From the NCBI GenBank assembly GCA_051362555.1, contig CM120641.1, positions 21,514,001 to 21,578,000 of the forward strand: a stretch of 64,000 nt of DNA, written 5' to 3'. The notes under the pieces are model-generated. The model saw nothing but the letters and a program-made list of their open reading frames with translations, did not search any database and was not told the origin of the DNA. The DNA comes from Lingula anatina. Its lineage: Eukaryota > Animalia > Brachiopoda. The translations under genes were made by a program, and so were the position numbers. Numbering within the stretch: the stretch's first letter is position 1; each line of letters begins with the position of its first letter. Positions 27,101-38,488 of this stretch are shown in pieces.

Positions 27101-30100
27101 GGTAATACATATACTTCGTTTAAAACACAAAGAAATGCTTAAAACACAAAACTTCTATTTCTTCTAATATGTGGTAAGAATAACCTAACTTTTTATATGA
27201 ATAAACTGAATTACTAAATATAATTGAAAAATGGTTAAGTAGAAGGCTAATACAATTTCTTGGTGAAAACAATGTTACATTAAAGTTGTATTATATATTA
27301 CAGAATCAATTAGATTAGGAAATTTTGTAGTTCATCTGGCACCGGATGATTTTCACATTTGTTTTCCAGATTGGAATTTCAAATGAAGTTCATCAGAAGA
27401 CCTTACGTGCAGTGCAACGTTACCTAGGCAACAAGGAAATGGTGTCAGCCATATTTGATGAAGCCCAGTATCATGTCTTCAAGGAATTGTTGCCATGGTG
27501 GGCAGGGTTTATCAGGCAGTACACTCCACCTGCAGATGAGAAGAAAAGACCATGTATGTGATGAGTTTAGAAATTTCATGTACAATTTTTCTTTAAAAAG
27601 ATGTAAGACATACGGCTTGTTATAGATTTGTTCCTACAAATTCTTTTAAATGTAATTAAGAATTATTAATAACTTTTTTGCATTTTAGTGACCAAACAAC
27701 AAAAAATGTTCAAAAAGCGTTTGGAAATGTTTGAGCAAATGGATGTGCCAAAAACCCAGTTTGTTCTTCCTCACATTCCTCAAGGCAGTGTGCAGGCTTT
27801 CTCTTTTTCCCTCAGTGACGGAGTCAAATGGAGGGTAAGCAAATTTCTTTTACAGCCTTTTATGTGCTCTAATACATATATGTACCAAGTTATGGACAGT
27901 ATAGGTATATGGTACCAGTTCTGAAAATAGTTAAATGTTTCTTGTCCAGCATGGCTTACTGCATGATTTTTCATTGTCTTCATTACTGGGTATGGGCGGC
28001 GGTTTATACAAAAATGCAAAACACGATTAGTCGTCATCGTTATCAGATCAGTCGAAATGAAAACACGATTTGTCGTCGTCGTTATCAGATCAGAAGGCAA
28101 AATACGACTAGTAGTCGTCAAAACGCAACTAGTCATCATCAAAACGCAACTTGTCATCATCAAAATGCAACTAGTCATCATCAAAACGCAACTTGTCATC
28201 AAAACGCGATTTGACGCCAGATGGCGCCCATTGTACGAAAATCTAGGCCAAGTCACATGATCCACAGTGATCAAAATGGCGGACGTTATTAAAGCAGCAT
28301 TATCATATTCCTCACTCGAACTCGAGAATTATCTCTACGCGTACAATCTAATAATGATATTATATATATAATAATATCTGGAACTTGTGAAATGAGTACA
28401 ACAATAAAGCAGTGCTTCACAAGTGTGTGTTTTTGTTTTTTTTTAATTTATAACATGTCCAAATTATTTAATAAATTATTTAATTATTTATTATTTCGAG
28501 AATTATCTCTACGCGTACAATCTAATAATGATATTATATATATAATAATATCTCGAACTCGAGATAATTCTCGAGTTCGAGCGAGGAATATGATAATGCT
28601 GCTTCAATAACGTCCGCCATTTTGTTCACTGTGGATCATGTGACTTGGCCTAGATTTTCGTACAATGGGCGCCATCTGGCGTCAAATCGCGTTTTGATGA
28701 CAGGTTGCGTTTTGATGATGACTAGTTGCGTTTTGATGATGACTAGTTGCGTTTTGATGATGACTAGTTGCGTTTTGATGACTAGTTGCGTTTTGATGAC
28801 TAGTTGCGTTTTGACGACTACTAGTCGTATTTTGCCTTCTGATCTGATAACGATGACGACTAATCGTGTTTTGCATTTTTGTATAAACCGCCGCCCATAC
28901 CTGGGTGACCTGTTGTAATTGGAGTAATGAAATTTTATTTTGCTGCATGTACATGGTGTTGGATCTATGCTTTACCTTTCTTCTAGACTGTTCATCATAT
29001 GTGTAAAGTTCTGCTCTTTAATAAGTGGAATAAAAGCATAAGAGGACTTTTCCTAAATTTTCAAATGTATATAATATATGTATATCATTTTGCATGGAAG
29101 TATTTTCATACTTCAGTCTGTGGTTAACATCTGTATTACTTGGTTCACACTAGCAAATTGATAATTTTGTTTTCCTTGGGCCAAAATAATTTTATAATTT
29201 TGATTTTATTAATCAATTTTCAAAATTTTAAAATATTGCATGCAAGTGTGAACCAATGTAACATCTTTGAAATCAATTTGCATGGTATGAGTATGTTTTT
29301 TTATCATTAATTTATTTATTAATTGCCACTCTGTGTAGCCTCCAAATGGAAACTGGGATGATGATTAAGTGTGTGCATGGTGAGACTTGGGTGCCTCCAG
29401 TTCTGCCACTATTACTTTCCAATTTATATATGTTACAGTACAATTTATTGGAATGTGCATGAAGTAGCTAGAATTTTTGAAATATGAATGATGTTTGTGT
29501 GTTTTGTGTCTGTTTTTTTTGCCATTTTTTAGATGTGGATATCCTTGATAAATGTTGAACTATGCTTATTTGTTTGTTTATTTCAGACCAGTTTACCATT
29601 GCTCTTTCTTTAATCTATATATAGATATAGATGTTCATAATGATTTATATTTAAAGCAGTTAGTTTTTGTTTTCCTAGAAGTTGGCTTGAACAGGTAGAC
29701 AAAGGTATATGCATATGGTTCTCTGGTAACTTTTATAGCTAGAGCTTTTGTTGTTGTTGTTGGTTTTGTATTATATTTGTGTCCTTTCTGCAGCCATCAG
29801 CCATCATGGCATCATGGCATAATTTGCTGGATGATCATCAGAACTTTCATAAGCCAGTTTCCATACAAGCTAGGCAGGATCATTTTTCTTCCACTGTCAA
29901 TAAGCTGATGTCAGTGGTTAAATTGAAAAAGCCTGCCCACAAGTCATGTGAGTAATAAAGCAATGGAAGCACCAGTGGAAATGTGTATGGCACAGTAGAC
30001 AGTAAAAATAATAGCTGTCTTTTCTGTTGTAGCAAGTGACAAAACCATATAGGCGGTGAGGTCAAGTTACATGTAACTGTTTATGGTAACTTGTTCTAAA

Positions 30101-32401
30101 TCTCTAATACAATCAGGTATTCATCAAAAATTAAAGTAGTGGATTAAATTTTCGCAGATCTCAAATCCATGTTTATATTTATTTGAAGTAAGAATACTTA
30201 AAAAGGAGCTTTGGAATTTCAAGGTTTTCAGACTGCCCTCTACTCTGTCTTGACTGAACCATAGTATGGTGTTGCACTTGTAACCTGTATGTACTACTAT
30301 AGTACATGTATCTTTTGCATGTTTAACTTTTATTCTTTTTTGCACTAGGTTATTTGATCATAGTTGATTTAGCATTTTTTTTAATTTAAATTTTTTGCCA
30401 GTACACTTTCTTGTCCAAAATATGTGGTGCAGAACGAGCCAAGAATTGACCACCCAGGGCAAATACATGACACCAGATGACAGTGCTGTTCAGCATTCTT
30501 GGTTCCTTTTCCTTCAGCATTGGCAAGTCCATTTAGAGGAGTATCTTTTTGTATAATCAGAATGAACTAGTCTTTCATGTTAGATAGTTCCTCCTTTTCA
30601 TTGACTTTCTTCTCTCCAGAAAAATGTATCCTATGAAGAGCAAATGTTGATTGGCCTTGGTCCTGCCATTCATGTGACATCAGCGGTAAGATGATGACCA
30701 TGTTGTCATCTAGTTACCATCATCACAGTTATGATTGTTCTTGCAAATCACTGTATAACTCATCAGTTCACCCTTTAAGTACTGACTTTCAGTAATTTGG
30801 CATTGACATTTAGTACTTCATCAGTAAATGAATGAAAATTTATGAAAACTTTACATGTTTGTGTATTCTGTCACCATTTATCCTTCAGAATTTAACAACA
30901 TGCCAAATTGTTGAAATTGTTAATACTGCATGTATGTTCAGGAGATGTACATGGAAAATGGCAATAGAAATATGAAACAGTTTTGGAAATAATCTAAAAT
31001 AATAATTGTCCCATTTCTGTTTGTTTGAATATCATACTTAAGATTTCATTTTATTGGATTTTCTCAACTGAATTTTAAAACCAAGATAGCATCTCTGAAC
31101 ATACAAGGGAACACAGTACATAATTAAGGGTGGCAATTAACTTCACTTGCTTTAAGCTTGTGCCAGTCACCAGTGAAATATATATGTTCAACACACATGT
31201 ATACTCACAGTTGTGATCTCAGATATTATACATCTATACATTGTATTCAAAGAACATAAAACGGTACTATTTTTCAAGAAAGGGATGTGATGTCTTTATT
31301 TCTTTGGATATGAGCCACATGGGATCTATTTTGAAAAACTTCTAAAAAAAGTGTGACTACCTGTTATTATATTTAAAGTTTAATCAAAATATATTTCAGG
31401 TACTCTTTTAAAATTCATTTTATGATCCTTGACATACAAAAATACCCTGTATATTTAAACAAATAACCTTGGACAAAATCTTTCTGTCATGAAATAAAGC
31501 TGAAATATTAAAGCTCACAATTACCCATTTCTTTATAATTACTTTCTCTGATTAATAAAATATTTAGTGATACAGTTGTCAAACAATCTTGTTTTTAAGC
31601 TGCTTCTGTTATTCATAATGTCACAAATGCAAGAAGTTTTAACTATTATTGTTGTCTTTTTGAAACCATGAAATGAAGATGACAAATGTTAACTTTTGGT
31701 GTATATTATACATGTTTTATTGTATTCACTGTTTTTTTTTTCTTACAGTTTGTCCTTTCAGGTGTTTTATCTTGTGAATAGATTGCACACATGTACAGCT
31801 CTTCATGTATTGATATATCACTTTTGCTTATTAATTCCACATTACATTACTCAATAAACTGTGTCCAATTACTAATCATTTTTTTTGTTCATATCCAGGT
31901 TAAAAAAAAAAACAAATGCACTAACTTGGAAATGTTGCACATATTAACAGTTTACAAAAATGGAATCCAGGAAGCACATACATGTCAATTTCAGGATAGT
32001 GAAAAAGAATGGAATACATGTGCTTCATAATGCTATCCATATACCCTGAATTTCAGGGTGCTCATTCAGTGATGTTGATATTCAAGAAAGTCACTGTGAG
32101 TGCTCCCAAACTCAGGGTGTAAACATGAGGTCAAAGATGAAATCCTGCTCTCAGAGATGGACGGTAAAAAATGTTTACTGGATTCCCTTTTTTTTAACTT
32201 TTATATTTGATTGTGTATTTGTGCACTCTGTTGGAATATTGGGACACAGGTTGGTTGCAGGGTGCTAACAAGTTTGCATGAATTTGTGGTATAGGGTATG
32301 TTTTACATTTGTGGCACCTATTGGCACTCATAGCACCTGTTTTACCCAAATAATGTTGTGCTGATAGATAAATACATGTTTGTTTCAGGTATATTGCATC
32401 C

Positions 32402-32468
<67 letters not shown>

Positions 32469-32828
32469 AAATTTTATAAAATAAAACAATTTTCTTAAAC
32501 TTTGATAATGTATAAGACTGTGTAAGATGTCAAATAGTGTCCTTCATATTGATTTTCTGACCCCAGGTGTAAATGTGCAATATTTTATAACACTGGAAAA
32601 AATCAGACAATTGATACATTTTAGAAGTAATTTTCTTTGTACATGAAAGGTCTCATGTTTATTATACCAGATCATTTTGTCTTCTGTAAATGCCAAAGTA
32701 ATTTTGTGTTTGTTTGTTATTCTCAGGAAATTGATAATACTACCCCCCAGCAGAGTGATGCTGCAACCACCAAAGGAAATCGACTACGGACAGATTCACA
32801 GCAGTCCAGAGTGACCAAGGTCACCTAG
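11565..32828 (+). CDS. RGS22: Regulator of G-protein signalling 22-like (multi-RGS-domain protein), ~1254 aa
   Basis: Exons 11565-11571, 12060-12148, 12703-12884, 13223-13500, 14142-14259, 14754-14890, 15203-15305, 15646-15871, 16050-16198, 16447-16632, 17238-17477, 18030-18107, 18508-18665, 19062-19221, 19926-20045, 22057-22276, 22656-22813, 23086-23235, 23524-23686, 23943-24062, 26540-26731, 27003-27101, 27370-27553, 27689-27834, 32727-32828 sum to 3765 nt in one open frame. N-terminus SEENLEDLLAYDDLFLDYFNAFLALPAF matches the RGS22 N-terminal pattern (EEEFEDSLATDDFLVDYFNEFLSLPTF). RGS-like boxes: LLNFWLDCEFFK, HLFWQDVSEY, LNLYLDIDSF, LFFYIEVQKFK. First and last exons are less certain. Confidence 0.9.
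11768..11801. repeat. (TA)n microsatellite
   Basis: Pure TA run. Confidence 0.95.
19430..19562. promoter_or_regulatory. Cluster of RFX X-box-like motifs in an RGS22 intron
   Basis: GTTGCCCTAGCAAC (19531-19544) fits GTNRCC-N2-RGYAAC. Weaker copies gctactctgggcaac (19430-19444) and tttgcttgggtaac (19549-19562). Confidence 0.5.
20618..20682. repeat. (TTTA)n microsatellite
   Basis: Long tetranucleotide run. Confidence 0.95.
24100..24150. repeat. (ATT)n microsatellite
   Basis: Pure trinucleotide run ~40 bp after an exon donor. Confidence 0.95.
27990..28900. mobile_element. 911-bp foldback/MITE-type non-autonomous DNA transposon with ~340-bp TIRs and internal tandem arrays
   Basis: Arms 27990-~28334 and ~28561-28900 are near-perfect reverse complements (gtatgggcggcggtttatac... 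/ ...gtataaaccgccgcccatac). Flanked by CTGG on both sides (27986-27989, 28901-28904), a candidate 4-bp target-site duplication (TSD). Arms contain 18/21-bp caaaacgcaactagtcat(cat) arrays. Confidence 0.9.
32407..32464. repeat. (TA)n microsatellite
   Basis: Pure TA run. Confidence 0.95.
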
Positions 32829-32884
32829 CCAAGGACACATAGCCAAGGTCATTTAGGCAAGGTCACATAGCCAACGTGTCATAG
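32815..32884 (+). repeat. 14-bp minisatellite (5 units) overlapping the RGS22 stop codon
   Basis: ccaaggtcacctag ccaaggacacatag ccaaggtcatttag gcaaggtcacatag ccaacgtgtcatag. Confidence 0.85.
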
Positions 32885-33975
32885 CCAGGATTGACTTGAA
32901 AGATGCATAGATCTGTTTGTAGATCTTATATTTTGTAATCCAGCCATCACCATGAAAGAACAACAAAAATTACGGAAATCTGCAACTTAAGTAGCCACAA
33001 TGTTCATAGAATATTAATCAAATATTTAAACCAAGTCTATCAATTTAGCATTACATTTTTCACCTAAATGGTGAAATCTCAGCTGAAAAGAGATAAGAAA
33101 GAAAAGACAATTATTTATTCAAATATATTTATATCTGAGACAGAACTGATTGGGATAGCACAAGCTATGTATTATAGCAGCTGAAGATGATATTTTGTAA
33201 AATGGAATATGATACTCTGCTGATCTCTAAGTGGTATTTTTTTATTGAAAAGGCATAATATACACACTGCAGTTTCTTGTGTCATTCCAAATGAAGTAAC
33301 ACTGTATACAAATTAGTGGTAATTATATCACTTCAAGAAGATTTGCTACTTTGATATATGTTTGATATCCAGGTAATTTTTTAAAATATGATTTCTGATG
33401 CTTTCTGTGTGATTCAGTTTAATTTTACCTAAGAAAAAAACTTGCAGCAGTTTTTTTAAGCTTTTGATATATGTAACTCACAAGAATTCCATTTATTTTT
33501 ATTTGTCCATTTTTATTATCATGTCTTGCATATTTTGATTAAATAATTGCACCTTTTATTTGCTCAAAAAGAAAATATTGTAACATTAATATATGTCATT
33601 ATAGATTGCTTTTTTAAATTTTGTTCTGTTTTTATTGCATTTCTAATATTTAGAACATCAATCAACATGAGAACTGAAAATTTCTGTTGAACTAAAACAT
33701 TAGGCATATACATTGGAAATATAAAAAAAAATGAATATTCAGGAAGAGGATTTGGTAAAGAATTCTCTTACTGGTTTTATATTGAGACAAGAATTACAGG
33801 ATGATGACATTTTGGAAACAAAATTTCACAAAAGATTTTTTAAGTAAATATGATGGAGCTTTTTAAAAGCATCAAATGTGGTATCTATCTGCAATTTAAT
33901 ATATTGTTACAGCTCAATTGTTATTGCTTTTAGTATTTGTATATATCTTTGTATATATTTGATGTAATATATAAC

Positions 33976-33981
33976 AATAAA
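33976..33981 (+). terminator. Candidate poly(A) signal of the RGS22-like gene
   Basis: AATAAA ~1.15 kb after the stop, followed by a T-rich tract. Confidence 0.4.
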
Positions 33982-35507
33982 TATTCTTTTTACTCTAATT
34001 TTTGATTGTTAATATGGTAGAACATTTGTTTTCATATTTCATTATCATTTTTAGGATTGAACAAATACAAATTTAGTAAAAAAAAATAACCCAGTAAAAT
34101 GCCTTATTCAAGTCAATGCAAATTATGTGTAAAGTGCATTAAGAACATTCACACATTTTATTTCTGAAGTATTGGAACAATAGAGATTAGTGATTTTCAG
34201 TTCTTAAAATTTTAAAGGCGTTTGTGTTGAATGAAGATTTTGGTAAGCTTGAAACCACCCAATTTTTGTTCATTTGGTTTTTTAAAAAATGGTATGGAGT
34301 GGATCTATCCCCTACCTGAATTGGCATTCAAAGTAATTGGAATATAGACGTATTCAGGCGATAAAGTTGTCGGATTTTGGTGGTACGCTGTACATTGTCA
34401 ACTAAACCTTCGTTATTTCCAGATCCTGTAACACATTTTCTAGATCAAGCTTTGATCGTCATTTGGTCTGTAACAACCTCAGTGCCATCTCAGCATTCCG
34501 AGCTTGCGTCTGCATGGTACAGATTTCGATGTTTGTCTGTTTTTACAACCGATACAATTAAGTATTCTGCTAGTAATAAAGGAAAAATTACCATTCACTG
34601 AGCCCATTAACACAGGTGTTCGTCATCCACCACTTTTATTCCAAGGACAAAAAGCTACATATACATGTACCCCTGTTGTTGGACAATGCTCAGCGGTCAC
34701 TTTTTGAAATATTTTTGAATTATCACACGGGCAATGTTTGTTTACGCAGTTATTTACTTATCACATGGTTGTTTCAGACGCATTACAGTTAATTAAAATG
34801 TATGTGAAGATGATTAAACACTATATCTTATTGGGCTTATGGTGAATAATGCGATGAATGATTTAGATGCCATTTCCCTTTCTACAATCAGTTCTTGGCA
34901 CATGTTGTCCATTTAACTAACATTAGAGTTCACAGGCTAAAAAGCAAACCATGGTATTGTAGCTGTTGCTATGCTGCCAATTGAACTAATGTTACTGCAA
35001 GCAACAAAAAAACATTCAGTCATCAAACTTCATTTTTTTCATTTCCTTAAGAATTTACCTTCCTTGTTCTTGTAGAGGTCTTTCATAAGTTTTTATTGTC
35101 ATACGAGGATCCTGGAACTTCCATTGCGCAATTTTTAGTATTAAATTACCGAAGATGGAAGAAATAATTGATACACCACAGCAAACGTCATGTTTATTCT
35201 GAATAAAAGAATTATACTCCTTTAACTATTTCCCAAAAAAGAAAAAAAGCAGGATTAAAATATCTGAAACACTTTTAACCTGTCCAAATACATACATGTA
35301 AATGTGTATAATGTAGTTGTGCACAGGTGTTAGGGAGAGAGAAGGGTTCTGTTCAACTCTAGGCTGTTATACATTCAGTGTATGATTTTGCAAATTTTGT
35401 TTGAAAAAAGGTACATGTAATTCTGAAGATATTTTTCTTTGTTTTTGTTCAATCCCCTTTTAACGTGGAAAAAATACCGTGGAATAGGGACATGCTCCAA
35501 CTGCTGT

Positions 35508-35733
35508 GGGGGAATTCTCAGGCTGACGTCAGGCGTAAACAATATTTTCCTTCTCCTCAAAATGTCAATTTAAAAGCTGGCGTTATTGTTGTTAATTTGT
35601 AATTTAGATGAGTTGCGGGGTTATTTCCCTTTCAACCCGGCCCTATTTAAGAGCCCCACTCACGAACGCCCCAAAACAAGCAAAAAGGAACAAGAAGAAA
35701 GCAAGAAAGAGAAGATTGTCCATGTATTACAAG
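35508..35733 (+). promoter_or_regulatory. Candidate distal promoter and first exon of chitinase 1
   Basis: kB-like GGGGGAATTCTC 35508-35519, CRE TGACGTCA 35524-35531, TATA-like TATTTAA 35644-35650, then a short purine-rich stretch ending in donor AAG|GTTAGT at 35733. Confidence 0.35.
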
Positions 35734-36673
35734 GTTAGTCAAGAAGAGTAAGATAAACATGCACAGATTATACAAGCATGTCTAAAATCGTGTTAGGAAT
35801 TTTTGAATTATTTTACTAGATTATTTTGCCAGATGATTTTATGAAAATTGACCTGAAAAATATTGGTTATTTATTTTTTCAGTTCGGATCATGACTGCTT
35901 TGACAAAAAAAAAAAAAAAAAAGGAAAAAAACGATTTAAGAAGTTTGTTTGAATGTTATTTTATTTTATTTCTTTCATTCGTTTAGTTACATATACCTAT
36001 TTATTCATTGATTTATATTCGTCCATATACAAGCTATTCCCTTATACTCGAGGCAAGACACTGCTGATGGGTGCAATAATGAATTCCCCATCTATCTCTC
36101 TTTCCCATTACACATTTCTGCAGCCTGGATGCTTAAGACCACAGAATGGGTCGCTTCCTTTGGTTTCGAGTTTTAATAGTTTTATAGCGTTTGTCTTTTC
36201 TTCCGAGACAGATGTGCTGATTCATCGCCCAGTCCCACTATATGGCGGGGGGGGGGGGGTATTTTACTAGCGGTTATTCTTTAGGCCAGTGCTGTGGCGA
36301 GTTCCTAGTCTTCTGTAAGGTGTTTCTTTCGCAAAGTAACGGGTTCATATGTAGGCGACCACCCTTTGCATGCGAGGCATGTGACTTGTTGAAAAAGTCT
36401 GAAATAAACCATGGGCATTTCCCGAGGATTACCTGACTGACGTCAGTGAACTCTCCAGACCAATGCGCCCGCAGCTGACCTTTCCATTTTGATTTGCGGT
36501 CCGTACCTTTTTAACATGGTGAAAAGTGAAAAGTGTTAGGCATACTGTAAATTTATCTTTGAAATATTAAGCTGTTCTATACATGCATAACAGTTAATTT
36601 TTTTTAATAAAAAGAACAACATGATGGAATTTCCAGGGCGGATCCAGAGATATTTTCTGACAGTCTTCCAAAC

Positions 36674-36915
36674 TATTACCTCCGCTAAGGAGGTAATGAT
36701 TTCACCTCTGTCTTTCTGTCTGTTTATTTGTCATCAACATAACTCAAAAAGTTATGGACCTATTTTGATGAAATTTTCAGGGTAGGTCAGAAATAGGTTA
36801 ACTTAGAAGTGATTAGTTTTTGGTGGTGATCCGGATCAATAATCAATCAATAATCAATAATAATCAAAAATCGCTGCCTTGGCGGAGGTCTGCGCTCTCG
36901 GAGTGCTTTTCTAGT
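36674..36915 (+). mobile_element. HINE/DINE-1-like non-autonomous Helentron-type element
   Basis: 5' subterminal IR acctccgctaagg with a nested short palindrome (acctcc...ggaggt), (TCTG)-like microsatellite, 3' subterminal IR ccttggcggaggt, 3' hairpin gcgctctcggagtgc and a CTAGT end in T-rich context. This is the diagnostic HINE layout. Confidence 0.8.
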
Positions 36916-38167
36916 TTTTGTTGATCTATCCTCCTTTTTGGACCTTGTTCCGACAGAAAAAAAAATAGATACCCGTCAGTGAACTTGAAAATCTGACCGT
37001 CTTCTGGAAGACACAGAAGACGGCTTCAATTCGCCTCTGATTTCAAGTCAAAGTTCGTAATGACCTTATGTCATTATTATTTCTTATCATCTTATTAGTA
37101 GTTAACTAATTAGTATTAGACCAGCACTACAGGGCTCTTGATTAAATAAAAAACGTCAAAAGTGACTAAACGTCGATTATTTCTATATATTTGAAGGCAA
37201 CACAAAATTTGCCTTTATAATCATCATATCATGTCGACTTGAGAGTATCAAGACAGAGTGCCCGTTACAATTGTATATGCCATCGTAAATATCTATAGGC
37301 CTATTCGATGGACGAATCACTTACAATGCTCTGTGTCTTCCTTAATTTCTTCTAACCTTTCTTTGCCTCTATCAAACAATAACTTCTTTGCCTTTTAGAT
37401 TTTCCTAATAGATTGGTAGTAAATTATCTAGATATTTTCACTCCAATTAAAGCTTTTTTTTAAATAATTGACAAGAAGGTACTTCTTCAATGTCCTTTAA
37501 AGACGCTTAAAGCAGTAAACCATGTAATGAAATTTAAATATTATGGCCAAATGAATCTAAGCAAATGAATAAGAATTCAGTCTTAAGACAGTTCAGCCTT
37601 TAGAACATCATTATTCTCACATCAAGGTTACAATCATGGTTGAACCAGAGTTGTAATGGCTTTCGTTGTCCTTCGTCTCTATGCTACGAAGACACAACCT
37701 CTTTGATGGATTAGTTCAATCACACTAAACATACATTAAGTTTGAACTAAGGACATGTCCAAGAGTTAGGACGAGATAAAATTTGCACACAAATTTTACT
37801 TTCATTTCATTTAGAGAGGTTGATTGCACGTGGCCTTTGAAAACTATTATGTCTTCAAGTGCCGACATGGTGACCTACCGCACTTTATTAGAGGTCATGT
37901 GAGTGATGACGTAGTTGGTGTGCAAAAATTCTAGCCAAACAGAACACAGAACTGTACACGGCTAGTGATAAGCCATAGAAATATTTGGGAAATAATTTCT
38001 AGTGAATAACCATTTGACTGCGCGGTTTTAGAAGGGGAAAGGAACCTGCTCATGGAAAATGTATTCTCGCCTAAACGCGTTTTATAGTCAGACTTGCAGT
38101 TTTTTTCCTTTTTTTTTAACCAATTTGTCTCAGCATTACATGTTTTAGTCCTGCAATTAACAACGTT

Positions 38168-38178
38168 GGGGAAATCCC
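38168..38178 (+). promoter_or_regulatory. NF-kB/Rel consensus site upstream of chitinase 1
   Basis: GGGGAAATCCC matches GGGRNWYYCC, ~310 bp upstream of the ATG. Confidence 0.4.
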
Positions 38179-38488
38179 TAATTGTATTTCCATTTGTCTT
38201 GCGAATCTGGGCATCTACGTGAGAAAGGCCAAAGTGAATTGCGCTCTCAGACGTGATTTGTTTTTAATGCTTTCTTTGCTCAGTATCTCTAATACCATTG
38301 TGCATCACACCTTATTATTTCACCATTATCAAACTTTAATGACTGTGGAACCGTCTTTTGCATTCTGTGAGTAATGTGGTTTGAGTGGTGAGAGATACTT
38401 TACGTTGTACAATCGTCATACTCTACAAAAACCATTCCTTGGATTTGTCTGCAATTCCTTTGATTTAGATAGTTCATTTCTATTTCAG

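Noticed and set aside
27780-28954. Repetitive ORFs (MMTSCVL.., HHQNATS.., VIIKTQL..) and a CRISPR-like appearance
   Set aside because: They are mirror-image translations of tandem arrays in the foldback arms. There are no unique spacers or cas genes, and the context is a eukaryotic intron.
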